DNA of 56,376 nt. It comes from a virus (Duplodnaviria; Caudoviricetes). The DNA lies in the IMG/VR virus record IMGVR_UViG_3300031227_000051, positions 1 through 56,376 of that record, one strand, 5' to 3'. The notes under the pieces are model-generated. The model saw only the letters and a program-made list of their open reading frames with translations, made no database searches and was not told the origin of the DNA. The position numbers and the translations under genes are program-made. Positions 49,094 to 56,376 of this stretch are shown here, in pieces (position 1 is the stretch's first letter; each line of letters opens with the position of its first letter).

Positions 49094-49381
49094 GTGCTAT
49101 TTCTAGTTAAAAAAGGCACTAATGTAATTGTTGCAAAAGATATTAGCGACAAAAGTTTTCAACAAGATAGTTTAAAAAAGACAAAAGCGAAATCAGATAT
49201 GGCCTTTTCAAGAGACCTTATCGTGTTGGATCCTTTTGGGCTAAAAGAAGGTGCAATAAATCAACTAACATCCAGTAACGATGACATTAACGAGTTATTA
49301 GCAAAAGGATATTATGGCTTTAAAAACAAAAATACTGACCACATTTTTCTAATTCGTTCAGAAAATCTCAAACTATTTTAA
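49094..49381 (+). CDS. hypothetical protein
   Basis: GGAGG RBS, GTG start. Confidence 0.65.
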   Translation: MLFLVKKGTNVIVAKDISDKSFQQDSLKKTKAKSDMAFSRDLIVLDPFGLKEGAINQLTSSNDDINELLAKGYYGFKNKNTDHIFLIRSENLKLF

Positions 49382-49441
49382 AAAATATTGACAAAAAAGA
49401 CAAAAGAATTATAATAGTATTATAAATAAAGGGGAGATTTT

Positions 49442-49783
49442 ATGAGAGATTTGGTTCAAAAGATTTTAAATAGTAAGTATGGTAGATTAGTAATACTTTT
49501 CGATATGCTTTTGCAACTATCAATGCTTTTGGGAGCTGAATATTTAATTGATACTAAGCAGTATATACTACTGTCGATGATAGTTGTCATATTTGCGGTA
49601 AAATGTTATTATATTTCATATGTAATTATTAATGATTATAATATAAGACTTATCAAAGCAATAAATAATGAATCTCTAACGTGGCCACAGTGTCATAAAG
49701 AAACGTTAGAGTTTCACGATTATAATGAGTATGGCTGCGAAATTGTTTGTACAAATTGTAATTATTCAAAAGAGAGACAATAA
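49442..49783 (+). CDS. membrane protein
   Basis: promoter, RBS, 2 TM segments. Confidence 0.6.
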   Translation: MRDLVQKILNSKYGRLVILFDMLLQLSMLLGAEYLIDTKQYILLSMIVVIFAVKCYYISYVIINDYNIRLIKAINNESLTWPQCHKETLEFHDYNEYGCEIVCTNCNYSKERQ

Positions 49784-49784
49784 A

Positions 49785-50177
49785 ATGAAGATAGCATTTG
49801 ATGTTCACGGTGTTATTGCTGATAGATCAGATTTATTTAAACCCTTATTAAAGATGCTTAAAGAAAACGACATTAATGTTGTAATTATGTCAGGACCAAC
49901 AAAGAAAAGAATTATTGCTGAACTAGACAAGCTCGGTTATACAAAAGAGCATTATGATGATATTCTCTCTGTCGTTGATTACTTAAAAGGCAAAGATGTG
50001 AAGATGTGGCTTGATTACAAAAATGACTGGTGGGCTAGTGATGTAGATTGGTGGAAATCCAAGGGCGAAATGTGCAAACAAAACAAAGTTGACGTGTTGT
50101 TTGATGATAGTGAACAGTATAAATCTGGAATGCCTCCCGAAACCTTGTTTATTTTATTCAAAGATAAAATAAAATAA
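49785..50177 (+). CDS. HAD-superfamily protein
   Basis: IAFDVHGVI, IMSG, K, LFDD. Confidence 0.75.
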   Translation: MKIAFDVHGVIADRSDLFKPLLKMLKENDINVVIMSGPTKKRIIAELDKLGYTKEHYDDILSVVDYLKGKDVKMWLDYKNDWWASDVDWWKSKGEMCKQNKVDVLFDDSEQYKSGMPPETLFILFKDKIK

Positions 50178-50277
50178 ATTGACAAAATTGGTTACTCATT
50201 ATAAATTGTCTTTGTTGTATGAGAAGTTTCATTAGTGGTATGGATGAATTAGATTAAATAAAAAGTAATAATAAATT

Positions 50278-51006
50278 ATGGAGGACATAGTGGACAAGAA
50301 ACAAAAAATTAAATTTGTTGATGAATTATTGGTCGAGGTTGTTGAGCAGATAGAAAAACGTAGTGACGTTTATATTTCGTCAAACTTTGATTTAAAGACA
50401 GGCATTTTAGAGAACGAATGTCTGAATGAACATATTGAGAAATCAATAAATAAAATGCTTCAAAAACGTAACGAAAACGCAATTGCTAACTCTGTTATAG
50501 ATGACGAGTTATACAAAAGATTAATGAAGGGTAGGACCATTGTTTGGTCAGATGTTACGGGTTCTGTTATGGAGTCTGGATTTGATGTAGCTCTTAGTGT
50601 AATTAAAGATAAAGAAGGGAAAATTGTTTGCAAAATGAATGACGAAATTGTTGAGCTAATTATGAGTAAACTCGCAGTAAAAAATGATATTATTAATGGT
50701 TACTTAATTTCATCCGCCGGAGAGCGTCAAATCTTACTTCCATCTGAAATTAAAAATCTAAAATTTTATGAGGCGGAAGATGTGTATGATTATATGGGTA
50801 TTGAAATTATCGATCGTATTAAAAATTTATTCGTTTGTATTTCAAATGAAGGTGCGAAAGTAATATCAGACACCCATAATAAAAAATATATTGGAACATT
50901 GATCGATGCTAACAACAAAGATTTGATTGGTATTATAGAATCAAATCGAGATCGGAAAGAATTTCAAGCCGAATTACTAATACAAGAGAGTCAAATCGGA
51001 AAATAG
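50278..51006 (+). CDS. hypothetical protein
   Basis: 242-aa ORF. Confidence 0.7.
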   Translation: MEDIVDKKQKIKFVDELLVEVVEQIEKRSDVYISSNFDLKTGILENECLNEHIEKSINKMLQKRNENAIANSVIDDELYKRLMKGRTIVWSDVTGSVMESGFDVALSVIKDKEGKIVCKMNDEIVELIMSKLAVKNDIINGYLISSAGERQILLPSEIKNLKFYEAEDVYDYMGIEIIDRIKNLFVCISNEGAKVISDTHNKKYIGTLIDANNKDLIGIIESNRDRKEFQAELLIQESQIGK

Positions 51007-51070
51007 ATAATGAATTAAATTTAAAACGGTATCGCCCAAAAGCCTTACCGTTTTTTTTGTAGGAGAGATT

Positions 51071-52105
51071 ATGATGAAAACTGGTAAAAAAATTTATTTA
51101 AAACAATTAGCGGCAATATTTAATGATATGCCAGAAGCGGTATACGTAGTTGAACTTTCCAGTTATAAAATTTTATATTTAAACAAATTTCTTTTAAAAG
51201 CACTAAATATTGATGAGTGCAATTATAAGGGAAAGCAATGTTATGAGTTGTTGCAAGGTCTGTTAAAGCCATGCTCATTTTGTACAAACAAATCTTTGGA
51301 CAATCAAACAATTACATGGTCACACAGAAATTGCATTAATAACAATATATATCGTTGTATTGACAGAAAGGTATATATTGGCGATGCAGCAACGCCAGCG
51401 AAATTAGAGATTGCAATTGATATTACTGATGTTATTGGATATCAGGATGAAATTTTAAAAAATCAAAAAACATTAAAGAATAAATTAAAAGAAAAGGAAA
51501 TTTTAATAAAAGAAATACATCATCGTGTAAAAAATAATACTCAATTATTAGTTAGCTTATTACATCTACAAAGTATGAAAACAAGATCAAAGCCAATCAA
51601 AAATGTATTACTTAAAATAATAGAAAGAGTAAAGGCCATTTCTGCAACATATAACTCTTTATACTTAAATGATGATTTGGGTAAGATTAACTTGTCAAAA
51701 CATATTGAAGAAATTATCTCAAGTATTTCATTATCAATACTTGAGCCATATAACATTATAATTGAAAAGAATATTGAAAAAGATATAATAGTGGAAAACA
51801 TAAATAAAGTAACTCCATTAGGCATAATCATAAACGAATTGTTATCCAACTCTGTAAAGCATGCTTTCGTTGAAATTTCAAACAAAGAAACAAAAAATAT
51901 AATAATTAGTTTGACAAAAAATGAGGATACAATTCTACTTACAGTAGAAGATAACGGACTAGGGTTACCACCTGATTACAGTCTAAAACGGCAAATGACA
52001 ATGGGCTCACTTTTAGTTAGTACTTTAGCATCACAATTAGGTGCAAGAATAAAATATAATTCGGAAAACGGTACAAAGGTTACGTTAAGTTTTAAAATAA
52101 AATAG
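51071..52105 (+). CDS. soluble PAS-domain histidine kinase (HisKA_2 type)
   Basis: GKQCY..C.FC PAS; EIHHRVKNN; NELLSNSVKHAF; VEDNGLG; GTKV. Confidence 0.9.
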   Translation: MMKTGKKIYLKQLAAIFNDMPEAVYVVELSSYKILYLNKFLLKALNIDECNYKGKQCYELLQGLLKPCSFCTNKSLDNQTITWSHRNCINNNIYRCIDRKVYIGDAATPAKLEIAIDITDVIGYQDEILKNQKTLKNKLKEKEILIKEIHHRVKNNTQLLVSLLHLQSMKTRSKPIKNVLLKIIERVKAISATYNSLYLNDDLGKINLSKHIEEIISSISLSILEPYNIIIEKNIEKDIIVENINKVTPLGIIINELLSNSVKHAFVEISNKETKNIIISLTKNEDTILLTVEDNGLGLPPDYSLKRQMTMGSLLVSTLASQLGARIKYNSENGTKVTLSFKIK

Positions 52106-52113
52106 GAGAATCA

Positions 52114-52608
52114 ATGTTAGATAAAATCAGAAAAGATTTAGTGAAAGCTATCAAGAACAAAGAGAATGCAAAACGAGACGCTTTGAGATTGATAATAAAC
52201 GCCATTAATATCTACAAAAAAGATAATAACAAAACAGACAAAGATATTAAAGATGCATTAATTCATTCTTTAATACGAACAGAAATTAAACAAATTAGAG
52301 ATTTACTCATACATGCTTTAAATGAGAGACGAATTGAAATGTTAGAAGAGTTAAACGAAAGATTAAATATTTTTGATAGTTATATGCCTTCACAAATGCA
52401 TGACGATGATATAGAACGAGCATTACTTGTTATCGCAAATGACTTTAATATAAAATCAATAACAAACAGAGATAGAGGCACTATAATAAAGAAGGCAATT
52501 AGTGTATTTCAGGGAAGAGCAGATGGTCCTAGAATTAATCGAATATTGACGCAAATCATTAAAAGAAATGAGGAGGAGCAAAGTGAGCAAGAGATACACT
52601 TTATATAA
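52114..52608 (+). CDS. GatB/YqeY domain protein
   Basis: KAIK.K...RDALR..; Y.P.Q; GRADG. Confidence 0.75.
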   Translation: MLDKIRKDLVKAIKNKENAKRDALRLIINAINIYKKDNNKTDKDIKDALIHSLIRTEIKQIRDLLIHALNERRIEMLEELNERLNIFDSYMPSQMHDDDIERALLVIANDFNIKSITNRDRGTIIKKAISVFQGRADGPRINRILTQIIKRNEEEQSEQEIHFI

Positions 52609-52804
52609 CTTATCAGAAGAAGATATGGAGCAGTTATTAACGACAATTACTACCGAAAGATCATACAGTAGAACTGCCGAACAAACAGAGCTGATTTCTG
52701 TTGATTTCGCTGATGAATCATTTTTAGATGGTACACCAAAGTATAAAATTGAAATAAGCTCAGACAATGACGAATTAAAAAAACGTTTTGGGCACAAAAA
52801 ATAG
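52568..52804 (+). CDS. hypothetical protein (start probably GTG 52583)
   Basis: GAGGAG RBS. Confidence 0.6.
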   Translation: MRRSKVSKRYTLYNLSEEDMEQLLTTITTERSYSRTAEQTELISVDFADESFLDGTPKYKIEISSDNDELKKRFGHKK

Positions 52805-52813
52805 GAGGTTTAG

Positions 52814-53179
52814 TTGATTTATATTGTAATTATATTACACTTTTTGTCAGACTGGGTTTTTCAGCCTAGAAATGTTGCGAAACGAAAATCAAGCTCATTA
52901 AAGTGAATGGCAAAGCATTTAATTGTAGTACATCTCATGTTTACTGTATTGGCTATGTACTTACATATTTCTCACTATTGAGTTATTTTAAATACGATTT
53001 CTCATTTTATCATTGACAAAAATATATGGACTTTATATAAGAAGATAAGAGTTGGTGATGATTATCCGAAAGAGTATCTTGAAAAAAATAAGTATGCAGA
53101 GGATTATTGATATTTTTTCACAATAGCAATTGACCAGATGATACATTTATCAATATTAATGTTCATTTTTGTAAGGTAG
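52814..53179 (+). CDS. DUF3307-like membrane protein (3 TGA=Trp)
   Basis: GGAGG RBS, TTG start; HFLSDW.FQ, HFIID, DQMIH. Confidence 0.8.
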
Positions 53180-53185
53180 AAGATT

Positions 53186-53452
53186 ATGAGCTACAATATA
53201 TATGGCGAGCATTTAGAATTTGAGAGAGAGATTATTCGATCTGACGACATCGTAAGTGTAGTTTCAGTACTTCACATGAAGCTTAAAGAGAGGGATACGA
53301 ACTGGTTAACGGCGGAGAATTTGGGAATATCTCTTGGTGATAAATTCACAGTAAGCAAGGTTAGTAAGGACTACAGAGGACTTTGGTTGCATTTAAATAA
53401 TTTACGTTACGCTCGCCCAATAGAAAAATTTTCAAAAGTAGATAAGAAATAA
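53186..53452 (+). CDS. small protein starting MSYNIYGE
   Basis: ORF track. Confidence 0.65.
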   Translation: MSYNIYGEHLEFEREIIRSDDIVSVVSVLHMKLKERDTNWLTAENLGISLGDKFTVSKVSKDYRGLWLHLNNLRYARPIEKFSKVDKK

Positions 53453-53548
53453 TGAACGCCCGTACAACCATGGTGAAAAACTAGAAGGTAAAATATGGAT
53501 AAGGTTTATGTTGGAGTTAAATGCTTTAATACAAAAAAGGAGTAAGAA

Positions 53549-53884
53549 ATGAAAAAGGTTGTGATAATTACATTAATGTTTTTAATGTTTGGTATGATGT
53601 ATGCAGAAGGCGGAATGGAAATGAAAAAAAGTGATTGGATTCACATGCTTGCACCAGGAATCGGTGATGTTGTAGGCGAGCAAGCGTTACTAACTTTGGG
53701 TGTTAACAAAGATGTTGCTGAGTTTGGAACTCTTGCATTGGGATGTACATGCGTTATATTGCATGAATATTATATCGGCGTTGGAACGAAAGAAGATATT
53801 GAATTAGGACTTATGTCATTGGCTACTGGTTGGATTTTTAATAGAGCCATAAATGCAATATTTAGAAAAGATAATAAGAAATAA
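53549..53884 (+). CDS. exported or membrane protein
   Basis: signal-peptide-like N-terminus. Confidence 0.65.
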   Translation: MKKVVIITLMFLMFGMMYAEGGMEMKKSDWIHMLAPGIGDVVGEQALLTLGVNKDVAEFGTLALGCTCVILHEYYIGVGTKEDIELGLMSLATGWIFNRAINAIFRKDNKK

Positions 53885-53939
53885 TTTGACAAAATTATCT
53901 ATCAACAATACACTGACAAGGTAAATTAAAAAAGGAGGT

Positions 53940-54215
53940 ATGCATTTAGTTGTAAAGGCAGATGTTAATGATGGAGATTATATTAACGAAACAACCCCAA
54001 TAAGCGATCAGAAAGAGCTTGATGAAATAATTGAGATAATCAAAGAGATACCGAAAACTGATCATAATTATGAAGATTGGGAATGGTCCGAACTTAAAGA
54101 AAATTTCGAGGAGTATATGCCTTCTCTGAATAATGAGAAGATTCATACAATAACGTCAATAGATATTAATGTTATAGATATTAATGTTATTGAGCATATA
54201 AAAAGTTTACTTTAG
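53940..54215 (+). CDS. acidic hypothetical protein
   Basis: GGAGG RBS; 15-nt tandem duplication (IDINV x2). Confidence 0.65.
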   Translation: MHLVVKADVNDGDYINETTPISDQKELDEIIEIIKEIPKTDHNYEDWEWSELKENFEEYMPSLNNEKIHTITSIDINVIDINVIEHIKSLL

Positions 54216-54291
54216 CAAAAAATACTTGACAAAATATCACAACAAGAATATATTAACAAAGTAATTTAATAAACAAAGTAAGGAGGAAATA

Positions 54292-54555
54292 ATGAAATGG
54301 AATAAAGAATCAGAAACAAATTGGACAAAAGAGTTTAGTTTTGGTGATGAATTTATTGAAATTAAAATTAATCATTACAAGACAATGAAGAATGGTTTTT
54401 ATTTATCGCTCTCTTATGAGGGCAAGAGAAAACAATATCTTTCGACATCTAAAGGTTTGAAATCATTTGATGAGGCCGAAAGTTTAGTGATACCTTCTAT
54501 TAAAAGTCTTATTTCTGAATTGCAAGTGATATTGAATGATTTAAAAAACGAGTAG
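54292..54555 (+). CDS. hypothetical protein
   Basis: GGAGG RBS. Confidence 0.65.
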   Translation: MKWNKESETNWTKEFSFGDEFIEIKINHYKTMKNGFYLSLSYEGKRKQYLSTSKGLKSFDEAESLVIPSIKSLISELQVILNDLKNE

Positions 54556-54565
54556 GAATATTACA

Positions 54566-54900
54566 CTGTCTTGATGATCTAACGCTCATAATTTTCAAGA
54601 TATAAGTTACAGGTTGTAACGCTATTAAAAACGATGATGGGCTATTTGTAGGGCATCAAAACCTTGGTGAATGACTTGGCCAATGGGGTTAATAATAAAA
54701 TTAAAATTAAGATCAAATCCTAAGACAAGTCAATTAGGTAGTAAATAGAGCAAGATAACTGAAGCATTACACAATGCTGGTTTGTAAGACTGAGGGTTTA
54801 TTAACTCATGTGTATCATCTTTAAATTATATGAGAAAAAAGATGATGAAATTAGGGTTTGAGAGTGCGGGAACCTCAATCAGTTTTTTTGCTCTATTTAT
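54566..54900. ncRNA. two tandem structured ncRNA candidates upstream of rtcB
   Basis: TGTCTT.ATGATCT/AGATCA..AAGACA (54567-54728); TAAATAGAGCAA/TTGCTCTATTTA (54742-54899). Confidence 0.45.
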
Positions 54901-54973
54901 TTTTTTATATAAAGTATTTGACAAAATCAGAGAAAATAATATTATAGTAACATAAATAGAAAAGGGAGAGAAA

Positions 54974-55564
54974 ATGTTTAAAATTAAAGGCAAGTATACT
55001 ACGGCAACAGTACATATAGATAATATTGACGAAACTGCAATAGCGCAAATAACTAAAATGGTCAATAACTCATATTTTACGAATCCAATACACATTATGC
55101 CTGATACACATGCGGGGAAGGGCAGTGTTATTGGTTTTACTATGCCATTAAAAGGATTAGAAATAATACCTAACATAATTGGCGTTGATGTAAATTGCGG
55201 TATGGTTTCCATAAGATTAGGTAATATGTCAGATAAGAAAAAAGATAAATTCAATGCAAAAAACGAAAAGTTTATGGCAAAATTAGATACAAGAATAAGA
55301 GAGTTAATTCCTATGGGATTTAACATACACGAAGCTAACGACTTAAACTCAAAAATAGAACCTGAAAAGATTTTAAAGAAGATAGCTTGTGATGCTCAAC
55401 TCGAAGCGATTAAGTTCGCACATAAATTTTATAATGAATTTGGAACAAAAATAATCGACAAAATGCCTGACTATTCATCTGATGAATATTTCAAGACAAT
55501 TATGAAACGTACAGAAATAGATAACTCACGTTTTTTCAATAGCCTAGGAAGTCTTGGCGGTGGT
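54974..55564 (+). CDS. rtcB: RtcB RNA ligase, exon 1
   Basis: MPDTHAG.G.VIG, IGVDVNCG, SLGSLGGG; homology stops just before NH. Confidence 0.92.
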
Positions 55565-56376
55565 AGAATGATTGCTTCCGGGCCAAGACAATAATATAAA
55601 TATACCGAAATTTCTTCTGATTGACTTGGAATCCCAATTACTGGGAGACAGGGCGCAAGGGTAATGCTAGCGTGAGAGACTAAGTGAAGAAACATCCAAA
55701 AGATGAAGCGATAGTCCGAACTTAGGTATAAGTAATTTTAAAAACCTAAGAGATAAGCAGAAATGACTTATCCTGCTCTTTATAATCGAATAGTTAGTGG
55801 TAATTGTGGGAACTTTAGGAGAAGAAAATCACTATATTTTTTAGATTTCTAATACTTATATATAAAAGTTAGGAGATTAAAAAATAATGGAATGTTTAAT
55901 TTGTGGGCGTAAATGTAAAACACAGAGGGGTTTAAGTAATCACGTCAGTTCAAAACATGGCATGAATAGAAAAGAATATAGCGATAAATTTAATCTTAAT
56001 TTAGTAAGATATTGTAAAACTTGTGGCAAAATTCTTTCAAAAACATGTTTAGGAGATTATTGTAATGTTCACAGAAAACGAAGTGGGAAAGATAACCCTT
56101 TTTTCGGAAAATCTCATTCGAGAAAGACAAAATTGCTTATAAAAGAAAAATGTGCAATTGCATCAAAAAAACTATGAGAACAAGAATCTTATCGTAAAAG
56201 TGTTATAGATGGTGCAACTGGGAAAAAAAGAAGTCAAAAATTTAAAGATACCCAAAGGCTCAATGCGCTCAAACAATTTGAAAACAAAGCACAAAGAAAA
56301 CTCCGAAGTGATATTATGAAAGAAAACTGAAGAAATGGCAAAGTTGCTTGTCAACCTCATGTTTCTTTTAATAAAT
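55565..56376 (+). mobile_element. group I intron in rtcB (3' end outside window)
   Basis: 5' exon ends in U; GAGACTA..ATAGTCC P7 signature; P3 TTTCTTC/GAAGAAA; P9-type hairpins. Confidence 0.85.
55887..56376 (+). CDS. intron-encoded putative homing endonuclease (C2H2 finger, NUMOD3; 2 TGA=Trp; runs off window)
   Basis: CLICG..HVSSKH, NPFFGKSHS.KTK; open to window end under code 4. Confidence 0.75.

Noticed and set aside
1404-56360. Minus-strand ORFs in the track
   Set aside because: They are shadows of + strand genes or RNAs, with no recognisable motifs; the promoters seen all point +.
1-56376. Genome-wide TAG recoding (code 15)
   Set aside because: Many genes, including clpX, end in TAG directly before the next gene; in-frame TAG within otherwise intact ORFs was seen only at 47728 and 48413.

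Overview
AT-rich segment of a large (jumbo-type) bacteriophage genome, coding almost entirely on the + strand. About 30 near-identical sigma70-like promoters (TTGACA...) drive many small ORFs. A dense RNA-gene region (~8.5-27 kb) holds most of the 34 recognisable tRNA genes in the window (all 20 amino acids, the Pro copy damaged), many aberrant tRNA-like RNAs, two theta (HDV-like) ribozymes and a mini-tmRNA. A full tmRNA lies at 43.7 kb. Recognisable proteins: PncB, a metallophosphoesterase, NAD-dependent DNA ligase, ClpX, Thg1, two DNA methyltransferases, two glycosylases, Rnl2, a PAS histidine kinase, YqeY, four free-standing homing endonucleases, and RtcB interrupted by a group I intron with its own ORF. 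The phage reads TGA as Trp (code 4), so the supplied ORF track fragments or misses about 20 genes. TGA-Trp is exclusive in the endonucleases and one methylase, and absent from core enzymes. Strongest candidates for new biology: (1) an amber-gated module in which a leader peptide with an in-frame TAG and an RDPP arrest-like motif precedes an unknown gene, a Pth2-like gene split by an in-frame TAG, and a CUA suppressor tRNA; (2) six RNAs closed by a shared CAGCAAA/CTG helix that carry circularly permuted tRNAs or lone anticodon stem-loops; (3) a Y[DNT]IYG[NE] peptide tag shared by ~13 mostly unrelated small proteins. All calls come from reading the sequence by eye. No searches were run, and novelty needs database checks.
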